From Octopus vulgaris (taxonomy: Eukaryota), in the NCBI GenBank assembly GCA_951406725.2, contig OX597831.1, positions 65,658,001-65,722,000 on the forward strand: a stretch of DNA of 64,000 bases. The letters run 5' to 3'. Numbering within the stretch: position 1 is the first letter of the stretch; the number at the start of each line of letters is the position of its first letter. This document shows, piece after piece, positions 12,243-25,628 of this stretch. The notes beneath the pieces are model-generated. The model ran no database searches. It saw only the letters and a program-made list of their open reading frames with translations, and was not told where the DNA came from. The translations under genes were made by a program, and so were the position numbers.

Positions 12243-13895
12243 CCCCCCGCCACCCTTATTTATTGTTGTTAACTGCAAACTTGTATTTCCCTGCTATTCT
12301 CATTTAAATTAACACACTTCGACAGAAATATTGAAATATGTTCATCTTGTTGCATCCTATAATAGCTGCGAAATATTTTGAGCTCCTTTCTTGTAAGGAA
12401 TTTCTTGTGGCTTCATAAAGTTAGAGCATTCTGAGATAAACACATTCTGTGATACGGAAGATAGCGTTCATTCTTCTCTGTTCGTCTTCTACCCGTTACA
12501 TATTCCATCGAAGAATAGGATTCCATTATCGCAGCAATTTATCAGATGTTGGAAGTTTCTCTTGTGTGAAGTCCTGATTTGATGTGATGATCCACTAAAC
12601 ACTAAAAACACTTTCTTCGTGAAAAGACAACATCAGTTATTGGCTTCAAAATTTTGTACCATTTCACTGCTTCAGTTCGGAATGTTGCTTATTAGAAGCG
12701 TCAACTTTCCCAAATGAATGCAACTAACTCTCCATTAATTTTCTGAAACTATGACATAAACTGGCTTTCCAACCTTCAAGTGATATCACAGGCTTGGAAA
12801 CTAAAGCACTGTTAAACAATATAGAGTTTTCTTTGCTCTTTTTTTTTTAACATTTCCAAATAAGCTGGTCTGTCATGTGTACTTTGCAGTTAGAGTCCTA
12901 AAATTTCAAGGTACTTATTGGGAAAGGTTAATTGTTTTTATCACTTGGGATATTGCCACTAACAACGTGACAATGAAATTCTTTCGTAAGACGCATACAA
13001 CGTCAAGGTCAACACTTGACATAACATTCTTCCTTTCAGAATCAGAATGCAGCTTTAATTCAACGTTGCTATTGAGCATTTCCTACATCTGTGACCGGGT
13101 TTTTATTTTCTACTTGCATATCCTAATCTACCATAATAATAGGTTAGATTAGGTTCGAGTATTTATGAAAGTGTACAAAATATTTACACCATATTCAATT
13201 TCCTCTCTATTAATATAAAAGTGTATAAAAATAATAAAATATTTTTATTGTGTTCAGTGAAATCTGAGCTTTGATTAGGTAAAAAAAAAACCAACACATA
13301 CAAGGTGGGATGTTGACTGTTAATGATATAATGTTGTTTCACTATTCAAGCATCCGGACTCAAAGACTGACATGAAAATTAAATGCATCTGTTATTAGGA
13401 TTTTCATTTATTTATTGCAACTAAAACAATCCAGGTACTTTACAGGAGAACTGTGGCTATTTTGTTGCTTTTTTTGTTCTTGCAATAATTTTATATCGTA
13501 ATTTCGGATGTGCCGGTCTATCTCTCTATTTTGAGATGAAACAAAAATTAATTTTAAAATAATTACTGTATCAAGCTTATGGTATTCTGGAATATGGTTT
13601 CTATACATAGCTTTCGGTTTTAAATGCCTGATTAGATATACAGGTTAAAAAGGTACACCATACAATTCCGCATATATCTGACAAACTCGTTGATCGGTAT
13701 CAGCGTTTATATCTCTTCACAGGTGAAAATAATTCATTCGTTTCAGAGGGAAGACTAGACAGGTTTCGGTAAAAACTAAAAAAAAACCCCCAAAAAACAA
13801 AAAAACATATCATATGGAATACATCTTTGCTAACTTTAGTAAAATAATGCAATGGAAGAGGGCTACGATTTTTTTTTTGACATAAGCGGTCGTTT

Positions 13896-13950
13896 GATTC
13901 TCCGAGGACGGGAATGCCAAACTCTTTGGTATTCCCGTCCTCGAAGAATC
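13896..13950. repeat. 26-bp inverted repeat with 3-nt loop
   Basis: gattctccgaggacgggaatgccaaa-ctc-tttggtattcccgtcctcgaagaatc; 2 mismatches. Confidence 0.9.
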
Positions 13951-13962
13951 CACATATTGTAG

Positions 13963-14007
<45 letters not shown>

Positions 14008-14014
<7 letters not shown>

Positions 14015-14455
14015 GAAAAATTATTTGTCGTCACTAATTGTTGTTGAGGGTGCTGAAGCACCTATATTGCAAGAACTAAGTTATAGGCTCTTAATACCGT
14101 ATGGAACGCACAATATATATATACACTGACAGGGTGGGCAAACACCCCATGAGCGAATCTAGGATCATTGGACTAGACTAGTTTCGTCTATCAGTCATTG
14201 ATCGATATTTAGCGAAATACTAACGTGAATATTGCAAATCAATATAAACAGCTAGGCACAATATGAGACCATAAAAGGAAAAATTTTTATCGTCACTAAT
14301 TGTGACTGAGGGTACTGAAGCACTTATATTACAAGAAATAAGAGATAGAAACATTAATGCTATAGGAAGCGCACAATACATATACATTGACAGGGGAGAT
14401 AACCACTCCATGAGCAAATCTAGGATCACTGGACTGGACTAGTTTTATCTATCAG
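14008..14455. repeat. Diverged direct duplication (about 190 bp, period about 263 bp)
   Basis: ataaaaggaaaaatt…tctaggatca…ctagttt…ctatcagt occurs at about 14008-14195 and 14271-14455. Confidence 0.85.
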
Positions 14456-14775
14456 TTGTATATATTGTGTATATATGCGTGAGTGTGTGTGTGTGTGTGT
14501 GTATGTGTGTGAGTTAAGTGAGTGAGTGAGTGGGTGCGTGTGTGCGAGTATGTGTTTGTGTGTGTGTACGTATTATATATACATGCATGACTATGTGGCG
14601 AAGAAGCTCGTTTTGCGACCATGTCGCTTCAGATTCATCTCCACCGCGCTACTAATGCATTGTGAATGAATTTGATAGACAGAAACTGTGTCTACGAAGT
14701 TAATTATATGGCCGGTCATAGAGTGACCAATGGTTTCGGATCTATAAACCGCTTAAACTTAAAGACGGCTCGTCT

Positions 14776-14837
14776 AATATATGCTTACTTGGAAGTGGAT
14801 ACCTGGAATATATGCTTACTTGGAAGTGGATACCTGG
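14776..14837. repeat. 31-bp perfect tandem duplication
   Basis: aatatatgcttacttggaagtggatacctgg x2. Confidence 0.9.
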
Positions 14838-15129
14838 CGTTCCATCATATAATAACAAAACAATAAATAAAACAAATGCATAAACACGGAGTAGACGAAG
14901 CAGGGGCAGCTGAAGAAGGGGAATTTTCCTTGTGTTGTGTCTCGTACTCTGTTTTTTCGTTGTTTAAAAAAATTGTCCGTTTCCATGGTTTTGTTTTTAT
15001 GTTTTCGTTTCTCATTGTGCTCAACGTTTTTTGGTGTCCTGTACCCATATATGCATGTATATATACATATAGATGTAGGTACGTACATATATGTATGTAT
15101 ATATGCATATGCTTTATTTATCATTTTGT

Positions 15130-15187
<58 letters not shown>

Positions 15188-15208
15188 TTATTTATTTATC
15201 TAAATTCT

Positions 15209-15275
15209 ACACGCTAGGAGGGACTCTTAAAGTCAAAACTGGTAGTTTTGACTTTAAGAGTCCCTCCTAGCGTGT
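15209..15275. repeat. Perfect 32-bp inverted repeat with 3-nt loop
   Basis: acacgctaggagggactcttaaagtcaaaact-ggt-agttttgactttaagagtccctcctagcgtgt. Confidence 0.95.
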
Positions 15276-15688
15276 GGCATTTATGTATAGTAATGCCCTC
15301 AATATAAATAAATAAATATATTTTACGAGGAAAAATTGCTGGATTCTCCCCCTTTATATTTCTACTTACTTTTTCTTTCAAGTATTGTAGTTATATTTGT
15401 GGTTTTAAAACCAATAGATATTAAATGTAAGATTGGAAGCGAAATATGATGTTTCCAGGTTTATATCAGAGCACAGTTTTAGGATTTCTGGAGATTTTAC
15501 TTTTCCATTTATAAGTTGGTTGCCATGCACCCTGAATCAATATTTTTCACCTCAAGAATTTGTAAGCAGCAAACATAAGAATTGTTAGCGGCGAATGGAA
15601 AGAATTGTTAGCGGCAAACTAAGTTGTGTTTTCAATTTTATATCTTTATTAATCATTCAATTTATTTTCTTGCTTCCACTACATTATA

Positions 15689-17590
15689 ATGAGCAAAGAA
15701 AAAACAAAGTTGTACCAGCAAAACTTCCGAAAGGAATGGCTTAAGATGCCAGCGCTTACTAAGTGGTTGCTTGAAGTACCTAGTGACCAATCTAAAGCAC
15801 ATTGCAGATATTGTAGATGTAGTATGTTGGCAAAATATTCTCTTTTAGTAAGCCACTGGGAAGCAAAGAAACATAAGGCATCAACTCCACTGCAAATGAT
15901 TCCTCTAACCAATCTTATTAAAACCAAAAATGATAAATCATCTATGCTTGAAGCAAATTTAGCAATGTTTATTTGTTGCCATTCATCATTTAATAGCTGT
16001 GATCACTTAATAGAGTTACGTAAGAATTATATGTTAGTGATATAATGTCCAAAGTGAAGTTGTATCGTACAAAATGTGCAAATATTGTGAGGAATGTTTT
16101 TACCTCCATATTTTGATGGAGATTCGATTTCTGATATAGGAGATAGAAAATTTAGCCTGTTATTAGATGAATTCAATGATATATCGATAAACAAGTTGTT
16201 AGGAATTGTTATCATATATTACAGTGACACCCACGAAAACGTGGTACATACATATCTCAGTATGCTATCTTTAGAAACATGCAATGCAGATGGCACTGTA
16301 GATGCCTTAAAAATTGAATTTGCGAAAAAGAAATTAGATATAAAAAATTTCCTGGCTATGGGAACCGACAATGCTAGGGTAATGATATAACTCAACAATG
16401 GTGTTTTCCAGAAATTAAAAGAAATTCCATCATTACTTTTATTTAGATGTCTATGCCATTCTTTAGAGTTGGCAGTATCCCACACTTGTGTTGAATGCCC
16501 GCCCATAAATTTAGTATTTTTACTATCCGAAACCTATAAATGGTTCTCTCGTTCTTCAACAAGACAACGTGCCTACAAACAACTTTACTATCAATGATAA
16601 AGAGCCTTTGAAGATTTTGAAGTCTTGTACAACTAGGTGGCCGTCAATAGAACCAGCTGTAAATAGAATTTTAAGCCAATGGTTTGAATTACAAACTCTC
16701 TTCCAAACTATAATTACAAAAGAAAAATGCTTTACAGCACAAACGTTACGTGAAATGTTTTGTGATTCTAGGAATGAACTTTACCTTTTATTTTTGCCTC
16801 CAATTTTAAAACATGTTCAGGAAGTGAATAAACTGTTTGAATCAAACACTTTCGACAAAGCAAATTTCAAATTTGATCAAATCTGTTGCTAATATGATAG
16901 TGTTGCCAACATGTAGAATTGCCAACATGTAGAATTGATCCTGATGCTTCTATTGAAAAATTTCTGGATCCTAAACCAAATTTAGGCTATAGGTTCGAGA
17001 GAAAGATAGCAGAAATGATTATCAAGAAGACTGCAACAGCCACCGAAGAAAATAATATTCATGAAAGAGCACAACAATTTTTACTCTGCCTTCATAAAGA
17101 GCTCAAGTACCGTTTGCCAGAAAATATTAATATACTGAGGAACATCAAATGTTTTTCAGTAGAGAATATTTTGCAGCATTTCAAAGAGCCAATTTTACCT
17201 GTCTTAGAAGCAATGCATTTAAATGAAGAAAAAATTGCTTCAATTGAAATTCAGTTTAAAAGCATTCATTTATTTATATGGACAAATGCATCTAATACTG
17301 AAGCATTCTGGCTAGAAGTCTTGGAATATAAAGGTGCCACTGGAGGAAATCCTTTTGGAGATGTTGCAAATTTTGCCATTAATTTATTGACATTGCCAAA
17401 ATCAAATGCAGAAATTGAACGGTTGTTCAGTAGTGTGGGTGTAATCAAATCAAAATTGAAAAACAAGATGCATCTTCCCATGCTTAGATCAATACTGTCT
17501 ATAAAATATGGCCTGAAAAGATTTTGCAAATTTTGTAAAAACTTCGATATTCCACAACACATAATTAACAAGATTGGAACCTTGAATTGA
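15689..17590 (+). pseudogene. hAT-superfamily transposase pseudogene
   Basis: Successive ORFs carry a BED-type zinc finger (CRYC…H…KH), FSLLLDE, GTDNA, CLCHSLEL, TRWPS and the C-terminal dimerisation motif LLTLPKSNAEIERLFS; several frameshifts and stops, including a 16-bp duplication near 16904-16938. Confidence 0.88.
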
Positions 17591-18513
17591 TTGGAATAGG
17601 AGTCAAGACCTAGGCACCACAGCTGAAAATGATCAAATCAGTGAAATTCAAGAAATCATTTCTCAATGCTGAATATAATTAAAGAAAGATAAAAATTAAG
17701 CTTTTTGATATAGTTAGTCTTCAGCATTTTTTTTGTGTCATATTTAGCATTTTTTAGCGTTATTTTTCTACTGAAATTTAGCATAAAATTGTGATTTTAA
17801 GTTGGCAACTACACACACATACACGCACACACGCTTATATCTAAGATCAGAATAAGACTAGTTATTCGGTTACAGGAAATTTTTTTTTATTATTCCCTCA
17901 TTCGGTTGTAACAGCATCCATTGTTATTACATTATAAATTGCATAACATTCCCATGCGTAAAGATTATGTAATTTATGATGTAAGCATAACATTTTTTAT
18001 TTCAACCTGATCTCGAGTGTTATTCTGATCCTGGACATAAATTGTATGATCTATTCAAATGTATACAATACGACACAAAAATCGAGAAACGAACGACGTG
18101 TAATACTCCTGATTAAAAGTTGGACATGCATGGATTTACATGTAGTTCTAAGCAAAGGTTACTGTTATGCTGTCTCATTTGAAAGAACATTTTTTCAATA
18201 CACACACCCGTAATAATACAAAGTAATTTAACAGAGAGCGGCTAACTGGCAGTCGTTACGGTAACAGACATGTTTTTTTCATGTTTTTTTCTGGTTCCTT
18301 GCTCTCTGATTTGGAATTTGCCCGAGTCAAATTTGTTTTCGATTCTATCGGGATCGATAAATAATGCACAAGAACAATGCTAAGACTGATCCTTCCCCTT
18401 TTTATGATATACGACGTGTCTTGGCTGTAAAATACTCAAGACATGCCGTACATCACAACCGCGTTACTACAATTCGGACGGCAGTTGAGTTCCGCCCACT
18501 TAATATGTGTGTG

Positions 18514-18555
<42 letters not shown>

Positions 18556-18730
18556 TTATTTGAGGGAATATAAATCCAAACTTACAAGGAAAAAAAATTC
18601 AATATACAAATAATAAATCAAATTTCAAACAATATAATATATATATATAAAAAATTAGAAAAAGCCCACCTTTTATCAATTCAAAATGAACAATTAAATC
18701 ACACCATCTAAAAAAATTACATATATATGA

Positions 18731-18792
<62 letters not shown>

Positions 18793-19152
18793 TCACACGC
18801 ACACACACACACTCACACGCACGCACACACACAGGGTATAGGTGGTTGAAAGAGTATTGTGTCAGTGTATCTTGTTCGAAACCTCAGCAACATTCTTGCA
18901 CTTGCGCATGAAGAACATAGAGTTAAGTAAAGGCTTTACATATTTCATGCATTGAGCTTGAAATAATTTAAAATCTACATCTCTCATCTATGGAACAGAA
19001 CAAAACTTTGACATATATATGTTTACACGCACGCACGCACGCTCGCACACATGCACACACACTCACGCACATGCTCATACACACAGAGGTGTAAGCAGGT
19101 TCTAAAGTCAGAGGGGAGCAAGCACAAAATAAGGCACCGTGGCACATAACAA

Positions 19153-19517
19153 GGATCTTTTCGGTTTGAACAGCAGGTTTTTGTAGCGGTGTCATATGAA
19201 ATTGTCACCCATAATTATGACTCTAGTATCGATCTATTGCATTTCAATCTGTTTTAGGGTTAGGGGTGGGGGGAAGGGTATCTTTTTTCTTCACAAATGT
19301 AAATAAACCCAATCTGTTTCTTAAACGAGGGACATATTCATACGGCACAGAATGTTTTTTTACCTCAATAGACGTCATTGATTGGTTGAAATTGCAGAAA
19401 TTGAAGAAAAACAACAACAAATATCTTAGAAACCATAGAATTTTCTTAATAAAGCCAAGAGAAAAATGTTTTATAAACACATTCTACCAGTATACGAAGT
19501 TCAAACCGAAAAGATCC
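19153..19517 (+). mobile_element. MITE-1 (GGATC TIR, internal TTAGGG), internally deleted
   Basis: ggatcttttcggtttgaac…caaaccgaaaagatcc termini; degenerate 8-bp TSD. Confidence 0.9.
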
Positions 19518-20831
19518 AATACCAAACAATTTTAAACTTATTTCTCTTACATTACGCGAAATATTTCATTAGTTATAATTATATACGTAACTGTATTCTA
19601 CATTCATTAATTACTTTCATGTTTCAGTAACTATGAAACTTATAACTGCTGATATTATAAATGTGACGAGAATAAGATGAAACTGCACTGGATCGTCCAG
19701 TGTCGAGAGGTTATGAGGTCAGGGTTTGTTTTGGTTCTTCAGTGTCAGTGACCATCAACACATCACAGAAGATTGAGTAGACAGTTCAACAACAGGGGAG
19801 TTTGGTCAAATAAAGTAAGATCTTCCTAGGTCATGCGATTAACAACAACAACAACAAGATTCGACTTTCATCACATAAGTGAACTCGAGTAAAAATACTT
19901 GAAAAGGCATCAATTTTGAAAAATGTGCTCGGGGGCAGCGATCACTCCCCTTGTGACCCCCCCCCTATAAGCTACGCCATTGCATACACATACACTTATA
20001 CGAAAACATTCTCGCACACACATACACACACTCTCTCTCTCTCTCTCACACACACATTCATTCATCGCAAATCACATGCGTACATCACACAAAACGAACA
20101 GTAAAAATACTCGAATAAAACTATTCAATACATTTAATAATAATATTAATATTAACTAACCGCACCTGTGGAAAATCCGCAGTTATTTTGGAAATTTTAA
20201 GACGAAACTGTATATTTTTCTCAAGTATATGATTCCTGAAATGGTGTAAAAGTCTACTCAGGTAGTATTAAAGGTACATTCTTAAAAAATATTTCTGAAA
20301 ACTATTTTCTTGTGTCTTCTACATTAGGAGTTATCCATTATTTTTCCCTTTATGTCATGAAACAGCATTGGCTGTTATTACATTTTCCACTTTCGTGTTC
20401 TCTTCATTGAACAAACTCACACTCTTTCTCAGTCTTTCCTTCTCTCTACTTCATCTTCACATGACCGTTCTAGCAACAGACTTCAAGTGTTTTATCCTAC
20501 GAGATTGTAGAGCGTTAACTGTTCCAACGAAATAGGACTCGAACACAATACTCAAACATTAAGAGCTATATGTCTTGCAAACAACTTGCACATGCAAGTG
20601 CTACCAGTCAAAAGCTCCGTATACCGGAAGCCAGCAAGTGTATGGGGTCATCAGGAGAGAATGCGCGCCATTTCGGGGCCTACCTCTCGACGGCATCAAT
20701 GCGCACCGGCTCCCCTCACTGATATGAGGCCCCGCTTGCTAGATCAGCTGGTTATGAAGTTAAGCTCAATATCCTTCTAGCCATCGCTCATCGTCTCTTT
20801 TTAACCAAATCCAGTGGCTAGCCTTCTATTA

Positions 20832-21429
20832 TTTTATTCCTTTATAAAATGTGAATTCCCTGTTTAGAACTTTCATACATACCCCACCTTTCTCTGATGG
20901 CGGAATACCCAGTGTATGGAGATGCTAACCTATCACTTGAGATATCCCAGAAACATGAATGTTATTCTGATCATTTCTATGGAGGATATTTACTTTGTCT
21001 CCTAATATCAATTCGTATTATATTGAACCCAAACTACCCAAATTATCTTACAAAGAAAGCTTCCTAGAAGCTTTCTAGGTACGTGAGGACTAGAACGAGC
21101 AACTTCGGAACTAGTCTATTCCTCGAATATGGAGATACATACGTAGAACATACATGCATATTTCGTTTGTTGATAGACTCAGCAAAAGCATTCAAGTGGA
21201 ATACACACACACACACACACACACACACCACACACACCACACACACACACACAGACGCCCGCACACACACACACATGAATACAAGAGTTATACATGAGAC
21301 ACTTCAAGCATTATCCGCAGATAGTGTCCCGGCTAGCCCATCCGATAACTGTACCATCCAAATATGAAACTAATTGTAACCATGCATAACTCCAGTATAT
21401 ATTAAATGATACATAAATACACACACACG

Positions 21430-21498
<69 letters not shown>

Positions 21499-21950
21499 TA
21501 GAAGAAAAAGGACAACAAAAACTAAGGCAAGATGAATATCTCAAGTCATTTAGAATATTTAATTAAAGTAAGGTGAATTTGAGGTAGTTGATTAATTAAT
21601 TAGTTAATTAATCAATTAATTGATTATTGGATGTCTTACAGCTGTTTCTGGGATATCTCAAGTAATAGGTTAGCATCTCCATACACTGGGTATTCCGCCA
21701 TCAGAGACGAGGTGGGGTATGTATGAAAGTTCTAGACAGGGAATTCACAGTTTATAAAGGAATAAAAGAGTAGATAGAAGAATACAGACAGGAGAATAAA
21801 GTTCACAGCCGATCCCCTTCCGGAGGGTATGGAGGTTGGTCCGTACTTTCGTGAAGGTATAGGTCCTTAAGTATAATCACAGGTAAATCCAGGCATTATT
21901 TTGAATGTTGCATTCAGGTTGAAGGATTTGATTAAGTGGTTAGCTAGTAT
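20832..21950. mobile_element. Penelope-like remnant: about 125-bp inverted repeats with decayed hammerhead motif
   Basis: 20832-20955 is the reverse complement of 21643-21767. The minus copy reads tct-CTGATGG…GAAA-cagctg-TA-aga. Confidence 0.65.
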
Positions 21951-22704
21951 AAAAATGTTTATTAACATACTGCTAAAATAAAGTCAAATAAAGCCTACGT
22001 ACGTTTCAATTCAGTCCAACAAATAACTGCATAATTCAAAAGTTGGAATAAATCCAATGATAAGAATAAAATAGTATTTTGAATGATATTGGGTAGAATT
22101 TCATCAGTACTTGAGAATACTGGAAAAAAGACTACGTGTTTATGGATTGAATGATATCAACAGACTAAGAATAATTCAGAAATATGTATCTTTAATTGTA
22201 TGTTTATGCTAATAATATAAACAGTAATAAAATAATAATAAAGATATTTAAAAAACTAAAATAAAATATAAAAGAATGATATTAAAAGATGAAGATAAAA
22301 ATGTTATATAAGGGTAAAAAATAATAAAAATAAAAACAAATAGTAATAAATATATAAAATACAGAAAAATGAAAAATATAACCATTATCTACGTAAATTT
22401 CTATTGGTTTACATAGTCAATGTATATTACTGTCTATGTATTTGTTATATAATCCTATCGAATCAAATGATTTTGTTTATGTATGTGTGTGTGTAGTTTA
22501 AGTTGAATAGGATAGCCGTTAAAAATATGCATTATTTACATATCTTCATATATACACTCGTATAAACTCGTAGCGTATGTATATGTGTTTGTTTATATAT
22601 TTCTGTTATATGTATGTGTGTATGTGTGTGCATGACTATAAAAATATTATTAGACATGGCATTTTGTAATATTTTACAAATGAAACAAAGATGATAATTA
22701 ATTT

Positions 22705-23106
22705 GGATCTTTTCGGTTTGAACGGCAGTTTTTAAAATAATTTCTATGTAACTAAAAAGGTTTAAACTTCGTATACTGGTAGAATGTGTTTAGAAAAAAA
22801 GCTTTTTTCTCTTGGCTTTATTGAAATAATTCTGTAGTTTAAGTCATTTTCATATGACACCGCAAAAAATTGCTGTTGATACATTACGGCAGAAATCGTT
22901 TTCACTTCAATAGACGTCATTGATTGGTTGAAATTGCCGAAATGTAAGAAATTAAAGACCAAATATCTTACAAACTACAGAATTTTCTCAAGAAAGCCAA
23001 GAGAAAAAGATGTTTTATAAACACATTCTACCAGTATACGAAGTTTAACATTTTTTAGTTACATAGAAATTATTTTAAAAAACTACCGGTCAAACCGAAA
23101 AGACCC
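22705..23106. mobile_element. MITE-1 long-TIR variant
   Basis: Same GGATC termini, inverted arms of about 135 bp, perfect TSD attaattt, no TTAGGG block. Confidence 0.9.
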
Positions 23107-23417
23107 ATTAATTTTAATATTTCTATAATACTAATGGAAGTTAATTAAGATTATAAAAATTAAGAGTTATATTATTACTTGTAGATTCATGGTGTAGATA
23201 CTAAGAAATTGCGTATTACGTGGTTGCCTAACACCGATTAGGTGTATTACGTCATTAAATTGTTTGCTTAAATGATCGTCTAAATTATCTATATTGAAGT
23301 TTATCCAATTATATAGCAGTTAACAAGGTTAATTGATTATTTTAATTAATTCGATTTAGATTATATAAAAATTATTGATTATACGATTCTTTCATTTATA
23401 AATTAATTTTACATACA

Positions 23418-23840
23418 GGCGCAGGAGTGGCTAGGCGCAGGTGTGGCTGTGTTGCAAGTAGCTTTCTTACCAGCCACATGGTTCTCGGTTCAGCCCCACT
23501 GTGTGGCATCTTGTGTAAGTGTCTTTTGCTATAGCCTCGGGTCGACCAAAGACTTGTGAGTGGATTTGGTAGACGGAAACTGAAAGAAGCTCGTCGTATC
23601 TACATATACGTGTGTGTGTGTGTGTTTGTTTGTGTGTCTGTATTTGTTCCCTTCACGCCATCGCTTGACAACCGATGCTGGTATGTTTATGTCCCCGTAA
23701 TTTACCGGTTCAGCAAAAGAAACCGATAGAATATGGACTAGGCTTACAAAGAATAAGTCCTGGGGTCGATTTGTTCGGCTAAAGGCGGTGCTCCAGCATG
23801 GCCGCAGTCAAATGACTGAAACAAATGAAAGAAGAAAAGA
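23418..23840 (+). mobile_element. SINE family B, full length
   Basis: Matches 32471 copy; short 5' duplication of ggcgcagg…tggct. Confidence 0.9.
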
Positions 23841-24381
23841 ACAGAGATATGATTCTATAATATTACATTATAATTAAGTATCTAATATATATGGTCTATC
23901 AGAATTCCGATAATATATACTTTTGGTTTTTATATAGGAATAATTTATTATCTATATATTTGTATATACACCTAAAAACTAGTAGCGTATATATATGTGT
24001 TTATTCACATATATCTGTTATATGTATGTGTGTATGTCAGAGTATAAAGATATTATATTACATGTTAAAAAATTAAATTGATTAAATTAAATTAATTGTA
24101 ATATTTTTGTGATATTAATTAAAGTTAATCAAGATTGTTATTAATAAATTCATTGTGCAGAGATGGAATATTTCGTGACTGTATAAAATTATTGTATTAC
24201 GTTAACGGATTATTTGATATTGAAGAAACAACAAGCTTATCACTATCGAAGGTTGCCTGTTTATATAGTAATTATATTAATAAATCAATTGTCTTACAAT
24301 TCTATTTATATGAAAATTATAAACTATATGTTTTTACTTTATTACAGTATATTACTTTGCATGTATCTATTTAATATATGA

Positions 24382-24756
24382 CTAGCAGTATCGCCCGGCG
24401 TTGCTCGGGTTTGTAAGGGAAATAACTATAAAGCATTTTTAGAAAGTTATAGCCAAAAAATGGAAAAAAAAATGATGATAAATTTATTTTTAGTTAAAAA
24501 GGTCGAGTTGCGTCCCCTAGACAGTCTGTGGTTTGTGTTTCTGATTCTCGACCCCATGTCGAATTTATCGATTTTTTTCAGGACTGGGGGAACTTTTCAA
24601 AATTTTCGCTGCGTTAGTTTTGAATTATGACATTGGGCTATGCGTGTGTCAAGTTTCATCAGAATCGGTTGAAAGCCGTGGTCAGGGTGAGGGTACAACC
24701 TAACAGACACACAGAAACACACACAGACAAACTGCCGTTTATATATAGAGAGAAGA
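24382..24756 (-). mobile_element. Non-autonomous Helitron-like element
   Basis: Minus strand starts TC…tatataaacggcag and ends with hairpin cccgagcaacgccggg followed by CTAG|T. Confidence 0.7.
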
Positions 24757-25047
24757 TCTAGCAATATTTAAAGAAACGATACTTAGAGGCGTATACACAA
24801 GCTAAAAATTTTATTCTTAGAATTCAATAGCTGATGTGTGGCAGCTAATATTTGGTAGATATCTTCCACGCAAAACTGCCACCTCTTATCATCGGTACTA
24901 TACGGTTTAGCATGATTCAAACTTTTCCATTTAATTTTGTAACTCTTAACGTTGTCTTATATACTCCAAATGAACTTACTAAGACGGTTCCTAAAACTAC
25001 TTTCGTGGTTAGCAATTCTTCTCTTTATAAAGCATTCTGTTTATCCT

Positions 25048-25128
<81 letters not shown>

Positions 25129-25150
25129 GGTAGGTAGGTAGGTAGGTAGG

Positions 25151-25216
<66 letters not shown>

Positions 25217-25218
<2 letters not shown>

Positions 25219-25628
25219 TAAGAAATGGATGCAAACGCAGGTGTTATTCAAATCTTGATACTTATACTTCCGACATATGTTTCGAAGAAAACATTGATAT
25301 TATTCCGGAGGGAATAAAATAGTGTAAAACAATGCAATCATCGCGTCAGGGAAAACTAGAGACACAAAAGACATCAATAAACCATTTTAACCGAATGTGA
25401 TAACCGCGTATATGATGAAGAGGAACGCTGGCAAGTAATTTTTTAAAAAACCGTTAATAGATAAACGCAACAGTACTGGGCTTATTAAATTAATTTGGTC
25501 TCTGATGAGAAGATCGCATTGTTTTACATCATTTTATTCCCTCCGGAATAATATCAATGTTTTCTTCAAAACATCTGTCGGAAATATAAAGATTTGAATA
25601 ACACCTGCGTTTGACTCCATTTCTTAAT
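25217..25628. mobile_element. Penelope-like inverted pseudo-LTR pair with hammerhead motifs
   Basis: 25217-25350 is the reverse complement of about 25501-25628; each arm carries a CTGA(T/C)G…(G/A)AAAcat(a/c)tgTC motif. Confidence 0.7.

Noticed and set aside
11990-13150. Possible minus-strand hAT-like transposase remnant (a DASNK-like motif near 12690-12705)
   Set aside because: Too decayed to support by eye; needs tBLASTn/HMM.
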